Origin: an uncultured Gammaproteobacteria bacterium
Lineage (GTDB): Bacteria; Pseudomonadota; Gammaproteobacteria; GCA-001735895
Direction: 5' to 3'
Length of the DNA: 64,000 bases
NCBI GenBank assembly: GCA_964196115.1
Contig: CAXMRQ010000181.1
Span: forward strand, 223-64,222
The notes beneath the pieces are model-generated. The model was not told the DNA's origin. It worked only from the letters and a program-made list of their open reading frames with translations, and did no database searches. Position numbers and translations under genes: made by a program. This document shows, one piece after another, positions 38,793 to 48,596 of this stretch (the stretch's first letter is position 1; each line of letters starts with the position of its first letter).

Positions 38793-39657
38793 TAGGTATA
38801 AACAATTGCTCTCCCTTTACCTTGAATTCACCGATCAGGTGTTGCCCTTTATCTGAGGTGAGCCAGTTAATCAGGTTCTCGGCTGTGGCATAATTTACAT
38901 GGCTATGCTTTTTTGGGTTTACCGCGATAATGCCGTAGGGGTTAAACAATGGCGGATCGCCCTGGTATAAAAGAGCAAGATTGGACCTGGACAGATAAGC
39001 CAGCCAGGTACCACGGTCGGTCATCGTATAGGCGCCCATCTCATTGGTGATTTGAATGACCTTCCCCATACCCTGGCCCACCGACTTGTACCAGTCCCCT
39101 TGCGGGGAATAATTGACACTTTTCCATAAACTCAACTCCTTCTTGTGCGTGCCGGAGTCGTCCCCCCGTGAAACGAACGCGCTTTTTGTATCGCGAATTT
39201 TTTGCAGCACTTCGATAACCGAGTGACTGCTAGAAATCTTCGCAGGATCGTCGAGCGGGCCTACGAGGACAAAGTCGTTATACATAACGTCGAAGCGTTC
39301 GACGCCAAAACCACCGTCAATAAATGCCTGTTCGGCGTTTTTCGCGTGCACCAGGACGACATCGACATCGCCCTCGCGACCCAGGCGAAGCGCCTTGCCG
39401 GTGCCGACCGCGATAGTTTGAACTTCTATCCCGGTATCTTTCCTGAATTCGGGCAGTAAATAGTCGAGTAAACCTGAATTATCAGTACTGGTGGTAGTTG
39501 CCAGACGAAGCATAGACGTGGAATTACTACTTGCAATAGTAGGAATTGAGAGCACAAGACATATACACAGAAGCGCTCCGAGCCGAATAAAATTGAGCAT
39601 GACAAACACCGCAGAAGGGAATCTAAAAAAGGAACTCATTATATCAAGCTGGTGCAT
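38770..39657 (-). CDS. periplasmic oxyanion-binding protein (TupA-like tungstate/molybdate binding protein)
   Basis: Has a signal peptide and the TTTSTDNSGLLDYL anion-binding motif characteristic of TupA-type substrate-binding proteins. It is adjacent to Moco genes. Confidence 0.6.
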   Translation of the reverse strand: MHQLDIMSSFFRFPSAVFVMLNFIRLGALLCICLVLSIPTIASSNSTSMLRLATTTSTDNSGLLDYLLPEFRKDTGIEVQTIAVGTGKALRLGREGDVDVVLVHAKNAEQAFIDGGFGVERFDVMYNDFVLVGPLDDPAKISSSHSVIEVLQKIRDTKSAFVSRGDDSGTHKKELSLWKSVNYSPQGDWYKSVGQGMGKVIQITNEMGAYTMTDRGTWLAYLSRSNLALLYQGDPPLFNPYGIIAVNPKKHSHVNYATAENLINWLTSDKGQHLIGEFKVKGEQLFIPNARQSKQ

Positions 39658-39729
39658 GACATACCATGCTCTAGCGTGTAGAGTTTGCTGTCATAATTAA
39701 TCTTTAGAACCTGATCGAACGAGGGTGAC

Positions 39730-40248
39730 ATGAGCGAAACTAGAGAACTCATTGAGTTAAATATAGCAGTATTGACGGTGTCTGATTCGCGTGATGAATC
39801 AAACGATAAATCGGGTGCTTTACTGGTCAGATTGCTAAGTGAATCCGGCCACATGCTCGAAGAAAAAACAATCGTGCCGGATGACAAGTATCGAATTCGT
39901 GAAGTTTTGTCGCGATGGATTGCCGATGAGGCAGTTCAGGTTGTTTTAACCACAGGCGGCACTGGCGTAACCGGTCGAGACGGCACACCCGAAGCAATTA
40001 TTCCGCTGCTAGATAAGGTAATCGACGGTTTCGGCGAAATGTTTCGCAATCTGTCCTACAAAAATATCGGTGCTTCAACCTTACAGTCTAGAGCTGTCGC
40101 TGGCGTTGCAAACGGCACTTATGTTTTTTGTTTACCCGGCTCATCGGGAGCCTGCAAAGATGCCTGGACTCAATTGATTGATGCGCAACTGGATTTTCGC
40201 ACCCGGCCCTGTAATTTGGTGGAGTTGATGCCGCGGTTGCGGGAGTGA
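39730..40248 (+). CDS. moaB: molybdenum cofactor biosynthesis protein B (MoaB/MogA family)
   Basis: Shows MoCF_biosynth-domain motifs ([10 protein letters not shown]..., [14 protein letters not shown]). Confidence 0.8.
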   Translation: MSETRELIELNIAVLTVSDSRDESNDKSGALLVRLLSESGHMLEEKTIVPDDKYRIREVLSRWIADEAVQVVLTTGGTGVTGRDGTPEAIIPLLDKVIDGFGEMFRNLSYKNIGASTLQSRAVAGVANGTYVFCLPGSSGACKDAWTQLIDAQLDFRTRPCNLVELMPRLRE

Positions 40249-40264
40249 TTCTTGTTCTCTAGTT

Positions 40265-40359
40265 TATACGGGGTTTCGCACACTAAGGCTTTCATCACTC
40301 CGTAGTTGCTAACGAGTGCGTGCGCGAGTGTCTTTTTCTCACCAGCAAGAAAAAGGCAC
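40265..40359. repeat. ~95-bp repeat (family X) containing a cuuuuucuc..agaaaaag hairpin. An inverted copy lies at 44490-44585.
   Basis: tatacggggtttcgcacactaaggc...gtgtctttttctcaccagcaagaaaaaggcac matches the reverse complement of 44490-44585 at roughly 85% identity. Confidence 0.65.
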
Positions 40360-40669
40360 CAAAAAGGGCCGCCGGGTACGAGCCGGGGTACTTATAGGTC
40401 AAACTCGACCTGAGATTCGTAGCCAAATATTGCAACTTAAATACAAGAGAAAATAGAATTTCAGAATTCTAAAAAATTTTCCATTAATTCACGATCCAGG
40501 ACGCGATCACTCATATCCCGTACTGACCTGGTTTAATAGCACAATTTAGGACTTTTTATGTGCATTATTGATCTGCATCAATAATTGTAGATTCGAGACC
40601 GTGCTATAAAGGCGATGGAAAGAAGCATGCCCAGGAATATATTCATAAACTGAGGAGCCGTTTCATTTC

Positions 40670-41062
40670 ATGAGTACGTCAAAAATCAGTATTACGGTTG
40701 TTTCCGGTTCTCTTGAACGCTTACAGATGGCGGCTATGGTGGCCTCCGTAGGGGCCGTCAGCGGCAATGAAGTCAGCGTATTCCTTTCTATGAACTCGCT
40801 ACAGTATTTTATCAAGGGCAGTGATTCCAGTGCCCCGGCAGAAGGCCCTTTCGGTGAAGTCATGTCAGGCAAAAATGTCCCCGGGTTCAAAAGCCTGTTT
40901 GAAAGTGCTGTAGAACTGGGTGACGCGAAGATTTTTCCCTGCTCAATGGCTATGGATATTCTCGAGACTGAAGCAGAAGATCTGGAGCCCTATCTATCCG
41001 AGCCCCTCGGATTGACAAAATTTCTAAGCCTTGCAGCAGATAGTCAGATCTGGACCTTTTAA
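40670..41062 (+). CDS. DsrE/DsrF-like family sulfur-relay protein
   Basis: A 130-aa protein of the DsrE-like fold, with a Cys-containing motif (KIFPCSMAMD) near the C-terminus. It sits immediately upstream of tusA. Confidence 0.6.
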   Translation: MSTSKISITVVSGSLERLQMAAMVASVGAVSGNEVSVFLSMNSLQYFIKGSDSSAPAEGPFGEVMSGKNVPGFKSLFESAVELGDAKIFPCSMAMDILETEAEDLEPYLSEPLGLTKFLSLAADSQIWTF

Positions 41063-41076
41063 CCCGGAGCACAGTA

Positions 41077-41307
41077 ATGGCAGAAAGAAAATTAATCGAT
41101 GCACGCGGCACCTATTGCCCGGGTCCGTTAATGGAGCTAATTGCCGGCATCAAACTCATCGAAGTAGGTGATGAGGTGGAAGTACTTTCTTCGGATAAAG
41201 GTTCAGGCCACGATATCCCCGAGTGGGTGAACAAAGTGGGACATGAAATCGTATCCATCGAAGATGTGGATGGTGTCTGGCATGTGGTAGTAAAAAAGGC
41301 TAAGTAA
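41077..41307 (+). CDS. tusA: TusA-family sulfurtransferase
   Basis: A 76-aa protein with the CPGP motif (DARGTYCPGPLMEL). Confidence 0.85.
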   Translation: MAERKLIDARGTYCPGPLMELIAGIKLIEVGDEVEVLSSDKGSGHDIPEWVNKVGHEIVSIEDVDGVWHVVVKKAK

Positions 41308-41342
41308 ACAATACACTAACCCAAAGAAATCAGGAGAGGAAG

Positions 41343-42476
41343 ATGAAAATACTAATTGTCGGCGGCGGCATGGGCGGTACTATTCTTGCCAATAACCTCG
41401 CCAGAAGATTGAAAGGCGAACTCAAGTCAGGTAAGGCTCGGATCACGATGTTATCAGCTTCGGATCAGCACATGTATCAACCCGGTCTGTTGTATGTGGC
41501 CCTGGGGCGGATGGCAGTGGACGAATTGTACAAGGATCAGGCCAGCCTGCTGGAGCCAAGCATCGAGTTCCATGTGGATCCAGTCGAGGAATTCAATCTC
41601 GATAATAAACAGGTCAAGACCAAAAGCGGCAAGACCATTGACTATGACATGATAGTCATCGCCACCGGTTGTCGCGCGGTACCTGAAGAGATCCCGGGTC
41701 TGGCGGAAAATTCCATCAATGTATACACCGAAGAAGATGCACTCAACTTTTACAGAACCATTAGCAGCTTCGAAGGTGGTCGCGTGGTAATAGCGGTCGG
41801 AGTACCCCATAAGTGCCCAATGATCCCGCCGGAACTAACCTTCACGTTGTACGACTACTTCAAGGATCGTGGCATTATCGATAAAGTTTCGTTTCATTAC
41901 ACCTATCCAATAGGGCGGCTGCATAGCCTGGAGCCGGTGAGTAACTGGATGCAGGGTGAATTTGCCAAACGCGGCGTAACCTCTGAAACGCTGTTCAATA
42001 TGAAGGAAGTGGACGGCGCCAATAAAATAGTCAAGAGCGAAGAGGGTACCGAGGCTGCCTATGATCTGTTGGTCGCCGTGCCCGCCCATAAAGGCATGGA
42101 GGTAGTCGAAGACAGTAAACTCGGTGCCGGTGGATGGGTTCCGGTCGACCGTAACCGTCTCAATATCGATGGCTATGATAACGCCTTTGCGATTGGCGAT
42201 ACTACCAACATCCCGATCAGCAAGGCTGGTTCCACGGCGCATTTCGAAGCCGAAGCGCTTGCAGAGAACATTGCGTCTATCATCAAGATTGGTATCCCGG
42301 CTCGGGATTACGACGGCAAGGTATTCTGTTTTATCGAAGCGGGTAAGGATCAGGCCACCTATGCCATGTTCAATTACAATAATCCTCCCGATCCCAAGCC
42401 TCCGACCAAGAGTGTGCACTGGTTCAAGATGGCCTATAACCAGCTTTATTGGGCCAGCGCACGTGGCCTACTTTAA
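41343..42476 (+). CDS. NAD(P)/FAD-dependent oxidoreductase of the sulfide:quinone oxidoreductase (SQR)-like family
   Basis: Has the Rossmann motif ILIVGGGMGGT and conserved Cys residues at about 159 (HKCPM) and about 329 (KVFCFIE), in the positions of SQR redox cysteines. Confidence 0.65.
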   Translation: MKILIVGGGMGGTILANNLARRLKGELKSGKARITMLSASDQHMYQPGLLYVALGRMAVDELYKDQASLLEPSIEFHVDPVEEFNLDNKQVKTKSGKTIDYDMIVIATGCRAVPEEIPGLAENSINVYTEEDALNFYRTISSFEGGRVVIAVGVPHKCPMIPPELTFTLYDYFKDRGIIDKVSFHYTYPIGRLHSLEPVSNWMQGEFAKRGVTSETLFNMKEVDGANKIVKSEEGTEAAYDLLVAVPAHKGMEVVEDSKLGAGGWVPVDRNRLNIDGYDNAFAIGDTTNIPISKAGSTAHFEAEALAENIASIIKIGIPARDYDGKVFCFIEAGKDQATYAMFNYNNPPDPKPPTKSVHWFKMAYNQLYWASARGLL

Positions 42477-42490
42477 GGAGGTGCATTGAC

Positions 42491-43039
42491 ATGATCGAAG
42501 CACAACAAAACTCAGTAAAAGTCGAGATTGAGAGCCTGATTGCCAGTGCTCAGGACTCGTTAAGCGACGATATAGTTACCCGTCTCAGCGCCACCGTAGG
42601 CCAGAGTCTCGAACTGTTGGACCGTATTAACCGTAGCGGCATCGACCGCGCCTTACCGGCCATTGCGCAACTGGTAGATAATGGTGATCTGGAGCGAATG
42701 GTGGGGCTGGCACGTCTGATCGGCGCTATGGAAGACTCCCTGTCCGACGATATTGTGAACCGCCTGTCCCTCATTCTCACTGGGCTTGCCGCCCTGGTCG
42801 ATAAGCTAGCTCGCAACGATGGCTTTCTACGCCTGGTTGAAATACTGGGCGAGGACGAGGTGCAGAAAACTCTGGTTGATATGATCGGTGCAGCCGCGGC
42901 GGCTAAAACTGAAGCAGTTGCGTTACCACCCGCCAAAGGTGGGTTCGGTGGTCTCTGGAATATCGCTTCTAACCCGGAAACACAGGATGCATTGCGCTTT
43001 CTGGTATTGATGATTAAGCAGCTTAAAAAAACTGATTAA
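42491..43039 (+). CDS. DUF1641-domain protein (partner of SQR-like flavoproteins)
   Basis: Contains an internal duplicated helical motif (DSLSDDIVTRLSATVG / DSLSDDIVNRLSLILTG). The ATG at 42491 was chosen. Confidence 0.6.
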   Translation: MIEAQQNSVKVEIESLIASAQDSLSDDIVTRLSATVGQSLELLDRINRSGIDRALPAIAQLVDNGDLERMVGLARLIGAMEDSLSDDIVNRLSLILTGLAALVDKLARNDGFLRLVEILGEDEVQKTLVDMIGAAAAAKTEAVALPPAKGGFGGLWNIASNPETQDALRFLVLMIKQLKKTD

Positions 43040-43225
43040 TGCTAACTATCACCGGAGATTGATTTAATCTCTGGTGATAATTTCAAAATTCAGTTTGCTT
43101 TAAAATCTCTAGCGGTCACGCGGGTGGAAAACGATCTGGGATAGGCCTAACATTCCAACATCCTATATAACGTTGATTCCGATCTATGGTGCTCAACATA
43201 CTGACAGTCAGAGCTCTCTGAAAAC

Positions 43226-43270
43226 GGAGTCAAATTTTGACTTAATATATTATTGCAGATACAGATAATA
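43226..43270. repeat. 45-bp direct repeat (family Z), copy 1. Copy 2 lies at 44300-44344.
   Basis: ggagtcaaattttgacttaatatattattgcagatacagataata compared with ggggtcaaatcctgacttaatatattaatgcagatacagataata. Confidence 0.7.
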
Positions 43271-43374
43271 AGTGACGTACGGCGTTTAATCGTTACACCG
43301 GCTTAACGCAGTAAATAAGTCGATCCTGGACTTCGCGGTTTTTTTAACCCCCCTTTCAAGCCCTCAGCAAAATT

Positions 43375-43483
43375 GTCTGGAACAATTTAGAACAGCTCCG
43401 CTGGCCCGAAGGGTGGACAGGTAAATGCTCCTGCATTACCTGCATACATCACATCCATGTGAATAAGGGCAGGATGCCCGGAA
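43375..43483. repeat. ~108-bp inverted repeat (family Y), left copy. The right inverted copy lies at 44369-44476 and a partial copy at 21505-21545.
   Basis: gtctggaacaatttagaacagctccgctggcccgaagggtggacaggtaaatgctcctgcattacctgcatacatcacatccatgtgaataagggcaggatgcccggaat is the near-perfect reverse complement of 44369-44476. Confidence 0.8.
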
Positions 43484-43508
43484 TATCAAAGGGCTTGTGT
43501 ACAAGTCA

Positions 43509-43585
43509 AGGACATAGGTAACACTTTAGTCCATAGACATGGGTAACACATTAGTCCAAGGACATAGGTAACAGTTTCTGTAACC
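43509..43585. repeat. three tandem ~26-bp repeats (aggacataggtaacactttagtccat-like), iteron/operator-like, upstream of the TA operon
   Basis: The three units are 43509-43534, 43535-43560 and 43561-43585. Confidence 0.6.
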
Positions 43586-43797
43586 TATAAGCACCAAGAA
43601 GTGGAGGTGCTTATGCCCTGGCAAGAGGTGAGTCCTATGGATCAACGAGTCTTTTTCATTACAGACTATCTGCGACAGACCACGAGTATTAGTGGTCTGT
43701 TCAGCATTTCTCTGACAAAGAAGAAGCGGGTGTTAGCTACAGAAATAATTGACGCTTTAACGTTATAACGTTACTCTTGGGTAAGAGGTACACTGTC

Positions 43798-44031
43798 ATG
43801 AGCGATTTATCAAAGAGATCAACGGTTTATTTTGAACCCGAGATTCACCAGGCATTACGAATGAAAGCAGCGTCTACACATATTTCTGTTTCCGAGGTAG
43901 TTAATGAAGCGGTTCGAATTGCCCTTCGAGAGGACCAGGAAGACTTAAGTGCATTTGAGCAAAGGGCGGCAGAACCGATCTTAAGCTATGAGGAATTACT
44001 GAAAGATCTTGAGTTGAATGACAAGCTATAG
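43798..44031 (+). CDS. ribbon-helix-helix (CopG/ParD/RelB-like) antitoxin
   Basis: TVYFEPEIHQALRMKAASTHISVSEVVNEAVRIAL matches an RHH fold. The gene overlaps the toxin start by 14 nt, and an alternative start lies at 43777. Confidence 0.7.
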   Translation: MSDLSKRSTVYFEPEIHQALRMKAASTHISVSEVVNEAVRIALREDQEDLSAFEQRAAEPILSYEELLKDLELNDKL

Positions 44032-44281
44032 CCTTGCATTTAAAAAATCTGTTGCAAAGGATCTGCGTAATATTCCAAACAACGATGTTAAGCGAATACT
44101 GAGTCGCATAGAGTTGCTATGTGAAAATCCAAGGGCAGAGGGTTGCGTCAAACTCTCAGGTGAAGAGAAATACCGGGTAAGGCAGGGAGTGTATCGAATT
44201 ATTTATGAAATTCAGGACAAGGAACTCATTATTATGGTCATCAAAGTCGCTCATCGCAGCCATGATTACAAAAGTAGCTAA
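44018..44281 (+). CDS. RelE/ParE-family type II toxin
   Basis: An 87-aa protein with the ...YRVRQGVYRIIYEIQDKELIIMVIKVAHR... C-terminal motif of RelE/ParE toxins. Confidence 0.75.
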   Translation: MTSYSLAFKKSVAKDLRNIPNNDVKRILSRIELLCENPRAEGCVKLSGEEKYRVRQGVYRIIYEIQDKELIIMVIKVAHRSHDYKSS

Positions 44282-44594
44282 CGAAAAACTTCAAGAAACG
44301 GGGTCAAATCCTGACTTAATATATTAATGCAGATACAGATAATACGGGTTTGTTCGGGGCTGCAGTTATTCCGGGCATCCTTCCCTTATTCACATGGATG
44401 TGATGTATGCAGGTAATGCAGGAGCATTTACCTGTCCACCCTTCGGGCCAGCTAAAGCTGTTCTAAATTGCTCCAGGCAATTTAGTCTTAGTGCCTTTTT
44501 CTTGCTGTTGAGAAAAAGACACTCACGTCCGTACTCGGTAGCAGCTACGAAGCAATAAAGGCCTTAGTGTGCGAAACCATGTATAAGAATACAA

Positions 44595-45461
44595 CTACCT
44601 CCCACCCCTGACAGGCTTATCCGGCACAGCATCAAACTCAATAAACTCCCGCCCATGATAAACCAGAAAATGCCGCCCCTTCGCGCGGGCTATCAAGGTA
44701 ACCCTCACTTTTTTTGCGATATCGAGTCCCATGCGGGTTATCCCGGAGCGGGACAATAGTACCGGGATGCCCATCAAGGCTACTTTGATTACCATTTCGG
44801 AAGTGAGGCGTCCGGTGGTGTAAAACAGTTTGTTTTCGCCCTGTAGATCATTTAACCACATATAACCAGCAATGGCGTCGACAGCATTATGGCGCCCGAC
44901 GTCTTCGATGAATTGTTCGATACCGAGATCTTCGCTGCATAATGCGCAGCCGTGGACTGCGCCGGCGTTTTTGTATACTTCGTTGTAATCGTTGAGCGTT
45001 TGCAATAAGCCATAAATAGCCGATTGTTTGAGTGCTGGTTGTTGCAGCGACACCTTGTCGATATTGTCCATCAGGTCGCCGAACATGGTGCCCTGGCCGC
45101 AGCCGGTGGTAACGGTTTTGTGGCTGAGTTTCTCTTCGAGACCTTCGACTCCTGTGTGCGTGGTAATCGCCACTGAATCAGTTTCCCAGTCAACCTGTAT
45201 CGCCTTGATTGCCTCTATATCCTCGACCATGCGTTGATTGCGTAGCCAGCCGAGGATGAGTAATTCGGGGTGATTGCCGAGCGTCATCAGCGTTACTATT
45301 TCGCGCTTGTCGAGGTAAATTGTGAGTGCGCGTTCGACTGCTATCGAGCCTTCGATGGCTTCGTTATATTCGTTGTAGGAAGTGACGCTGGCGGTTGCGT
45401 CGAGACCAGCGTTGGTCAATTCAGGCAGCCGCCGTGACTGATTGCCGGCAGCGGAGAGCAC
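44595..45461 (-). CDS. fdhD: formate dehydrogenase accessory sulfurtransferase FdhD
   Basis: FdhD/NarQ-family protein with a conserved Cys in ...TTGCGQG.... It lies next to moaA. Confidence 0.8.
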   Translation of the reverse strand: MLSAAGNQSRRLPELTNAGLDATASVTSYNEYNEAIEGSIAVERALTIYLDKREIVTLMTLGNHPELLILGWLRNQRMVEDIEAIKAIQVDWETDSVAITTHTGVEGLEEKLSHKTVTTGCGQGTMFGDLMDNIDKVSLQQPALKQSAIYGLLQTLNDYNEVYKNAGAVHGCALCSEDLGIEQFIEDVGRHNAVDAIAGYMWLNDLQGENKLFYTTGRLTSEMVIKVALMGIPVLLSRSGITRMGLDIAKKVRVTLIARAKGRHFLVYHGREFIEFDAVPDKPVRGGR

Positions 45462-45462
45462 T

Positions 45463-46482
45463 CTAACCGCCGGTCATATTCATATGACGTAACAAAATGG
45501 TTTGCGAATTGATGTTGAAATTGTGACCTTTTGGCTTAATTTCCATCGAATCGATAATGGCCTGATCCAGTGCTGTTCTATCCCCCGGATTAGCGCGAAT
45601 GACACGGCGTAAATCGACCGAGTGTTCCTGGCCGAGGCAAAGCAGTAAACGTCCCTCAGCGGTGACACGAACTCGATTACAGCTTTCACAGAAGTTATGG
45701 CTATGTGGTGAGATAAAGCCGATGTGGGAGTTTTCATGCTCACCCAGTCGAAAATAGCGGGTTGGCCCGGCAGTTTTCTTGGTAGACGATAGAATTTCGT
45801 AATGCTTTCGTAGATCTTCAAGTATCTCGTCACTGGAGTAATAAGACTCTGCACGATCGTGATGGGTATTTTCACCCAACGGCATTTCTTCGATAAAACT
45901 AATATCGATGCCCCGTTCAATGACATAATTGACCAGATCGAACATTTCGTCGTGGTTATGGTTTTTCAGCACGACGGCATTAATCTTGATTTGTTCGAAA
46001 TCACAGGCGATAGCGGCGTCGATACCATCCAGCGTACGACTTAATTCACCAACTCGAGTCATATCGTGGAAGCGATCAGCGCGCAGGGTGTCGAGGCTGA
46101 CATTAATACGCGTTACGCCGGCAGCTTTGAGCTGTTTGGCATATTTCTTTAACTGCGTGCCATTCGTAGTCAGGGTTAGGTCTTTCAATTCCTCAATGGT
46201 GCCGAGGTTATTGAATAACTGCATAATATTTTTGCGAACTAGCGGTTCACCACCGGTAATCCGTATTTTATCTACACCCAGGTCTATAAATGATCGACCG
46301 ACGGCCTCCATTTCTTCCAGTGTCAATAACTGTGTGCGAGGAACAAATTGCATTTTTTCCGGCATGCAGTATACGCAGCGTAGATCGCAGCGATCCGTTA
46401 CCGACAGGCGCACATAATTGACTGTGCGTCCGAAACGGTCGACGAGCTGGTTTTTGTGATCAGTGCGATTTGGACTAGACAT
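45463..46482 (-). CDS. moaA: GTP 3',8-cyclase
   Basis: Has the radical-SAM CxxxCxxC motif (CDLRCVYC) and the C-terminal auxiliary cluster Cys motif (CESCNRVRVTAEGRL). Confidence 0.9.
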   Translation of the reverse strand: MSSPNRTDHKNQLVDRFGRTVNYVRLSVTDRCDLRCVYCMPEKMQFVPRTQLLTLEEMEAVGRSFIDLGVDKIRITGGEPLVRKNIMQLFNNLGTIEELKDLTLTTNGTQLKKYAKQLKAAGVTRINVSLDTLRADRFHDMTRVGELSRTLDGIDAAIACDFEQIKINAVVLKNHNHDEMFDLVNYVIERGIDISFIEEMPLGENTHHDRAESYYSSDEILEDLRKHYEILSSTKKTAGPTRYFRLGEHENSHIGFISPHSHNFCESCNRVRVTAEGRLLLCLGQEHSVDLRRVIRANPGDRTALDQAIIDSMEIKPKGHNFNINSQTILLRHMNMTGG

Positions 46483-46615
46483 AGACCGGCTATTCTAACA
46501 AGAATCTGAGAGAATAAAATAGTCATTAAATATAGGGTTATTAGTAGGGGATTTGGGATTTGGTCAACGACCGGGTTGTGATATGGTCTGGTCTCAAATG
46601 GCACGAGATCTATCG

Positions 46616-47446
46616 ATGACGACATCATTCAAAGTAGCCTGCATTCAGAACACTGCGACCCGGAACATAGGTGCTAATATCGCCTGGGTTTGTGAGCGTA
46701 TCAGCGAGGCACGATCCGAAGGCGCCGATTTTATTACCATGCCAGAGACGGTTGGCTTGATCGAGCCGGTTAATGCGAATATTCCCGACGGCAGTTATAG
46801 CGAAGAGGAAGACGCTGGTCTGGGAGCTTTTCGGCACGCCGCGAGGGCACTGGAAGTGACTATTCTGGTCGGCTCGCAACTGATAAAAACAGTGGATAAC
46901 AAGATAGTTAATCGTAGTTTTCTGCTTGATACGCAAGGAGAGATTGTTGCGCGCTACGATAAGTTACACATGTTTGATATCGAACTCTCAAATGGCGAGT
47001 TTTACCGCGAGTCAGATGCTGTCGCGCCGGGAGATAAGGCAGTGCTGGCAACTACGCCCTGGGGCAAACTCGGCATGTCGGTTTGTTATGATTTACGCTT
47101 CGCCGCGCTTTATCGAACTTTGGCGCAACATGGCGCACAGTTTATTACTATTCCGGCGGCGTTTACCTACACAACTGGCAAGGCGCACTGGCATACGCTG
47201 GTTCGCGCCCGTGCGATCGAAACCGCCTGCTACGTGATCGCGCCGAATCAATGCGGCCACCATGTTGATAAAAGGAATTCCTGGGGGCACTCGCTAATCG
47301 TCGATCCCTGGGGTGAAATACTGGCCGATGGCGGGGCCGAGGCGGGTATTATTTATGCAGACATCGATTTATCTAAAGTGGATAAGGCGCGTAAAATGAT
47401 TCCGGCGCTTAAGCATGATCGCGCCTTTACGCTGGAGGAATACTAG
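46616..47446 (+). CDS. carbon-nitrogen hydrolase family protein (nitrilase/omega-amidase-like)
   Basis: The catalytic triad context is Glu in ITMPE, Lys in ARYDKLHMFD and Cys in MSVCYDLRF. Confidence 0.8.
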   Translation: MTTSFKVACIQNTATRNIGANIAWVCERISEARSEGADFITMPETVGLIEPVNANIPDGSYSEEEDAGLGAFRHAARALEVTILVGSQLIKTVDNKIVNRSFLLDTQGEIVARYDKLHMFDIELSNGEFYRESDAVAPGDKAVLATTPWGKLGMSVCYDLRFAALYRTLAQHGAQFITIPAAFTYTTGKAHWHTLVRARAIETACYVIAPNQCGHHVDKRNSWGHSLIVDPWGEILADGGAEAGIIYADIDLSKVDKARKMIPALKHDRAFTLEEY

Positions 47447-48525
47447 CCTGGAAAATTCCTGGGGCAGGGTCGATTCTCCTTCGAGGTTCCGTCTGCCCAT
47501 GAAGCCAGGCACAGTTCGCGCGCGGTTCTATCCATCGCACCAATTTCTTCTACACTATCGAAAAAGGCGGAAAAGTCGTAATCCAAATCCTTGATGATTG
47601 CCAAAAAAGCGGGTACGTGGATATTGTAGGCAGAAATTGATCCAATCTTGGCATTGTTCAATTCGCCTGCGAACCAGTCTTTAAATCCATCTGTATAATT
47701 TAATCTTTCTGTGATCGCGGAATATTCCTCGCGGCTGGTGGTAAAAATAGCCTGCTTTTTATCACGTTTAATCGCATCATCCAATTGCGTCCTGTACAGC
47801 AGGCTTAACTTTCCTCGGGTCCGCTCTATCAGCAGGATCACTTCACGCTTGTATTCAATCCAGCGCATGAATTCATCCAGTTGTGTATTCTCGTTAATCG
47901 ATTTCAGCCATAGCTCGGTACCTGCCTGTTGCACCGTGACTGCCAGAGATTCGTTGAACTGGGTATCGTCATCGATATAAATTCGCTGGTGGGTTAGCTC
48001 GTGAAACAACAGGCCAGCGAGACGGTAATCCGGCCAGTTGATAAAGCTGCTCAATACCGGGTCGTCGAACCAGCCTAATGTCGAATAGGCCGGGACGTAA
48101 CCAATGTGAATGTCAAAATTCTCTGCCCTGAGCTGATCGACGTATTCACTTAGCAGTTCTTCATCGTAGTAACCACGATAGCTCAGGCAGCCGACGACTG
48201 GGAAACACCAGTTATGCAGTTGCGTAGAAAATTCGTTTGCGGCAAACAAATTTTGCAGCAGGTATGGCCTATCGAGCTGGACGTAGTTGCCGTAACTCCC
48301 TGTCTCAGGTAAGGCTAGTTTATCGACCGAAAATTCCCTTATTTGTTGGACCAGTAGCAGGCGCTGCCGCAGGTCGGCATCGAGGTCAGGCCGTTCCAGC
48401 ATGTCATCGATATCCACTCGTTTGTTCATCAAAGCGAGATGCCCTTTCGTCGAATGCCAGTAGTAGCCGAGATCGGAGCAGGCGCTCAGTAGAAAAATGA
48501 TGGTCAATAGAAAAAGTACACGCAT
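47443..48525 (-). CDS. lipoprotein zinc metalloprotease / predicted aminopeptidase (HExxH)
   Basis: Has a lipobox (LLSAC) and the HELTHQ zinc-binding motif. It resembles the bacterial putative aminopeptidase family. Confidence 0.55.
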   Translation of the reverse strand: MRVLFLLTIIFLLSACSDLGYYWHSTKGHLALMNKRVDIDDMLERPDLDADLRQRLLLVQQIREFSVDKLALPETGSYGNYVQLDRPYLLQNLFAANEFSTQLHNWCFPVVGCLSYRGYYDEELLSEYVDQLRAENFDIHIGYVPAYSTLGWFDDPVLSSFINWPDYRLAGLLFHELTHQRIYIDDDTQFNESLAVTVQQAGTELWLKSINENTQLDEFMRWIEYKREVILLIERTRGKLSLLYRTQLDDAIKRDKKQAIFTTSREEYSAITERLNYTDGFKDWFAGELNNAKIGSISAYNIHVPAFLAIIKDLDYDFSAFFDSVEEIGAMDRTARELCLASWADGTSKENRPCPRNFPG

Positions 48526-48596
48526 AAACTAAATCAGAGTTTTTATTGTGGTCAACAACCAGTATTCTCTCACATTCGGAAAACTAGAGAATAACC

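Noticed and set aside
43509-43585. Possible CRISPR array, considering the tandem repeats here and at 36018-36061
   Set aside because: There are only 2-3 adjacent units with no intervening unique spacers of regular length, no cas genes in the window and no repeat-internal palindrome typical of CRISPR. I interpret them as iterons or a MITE-internal repeat.
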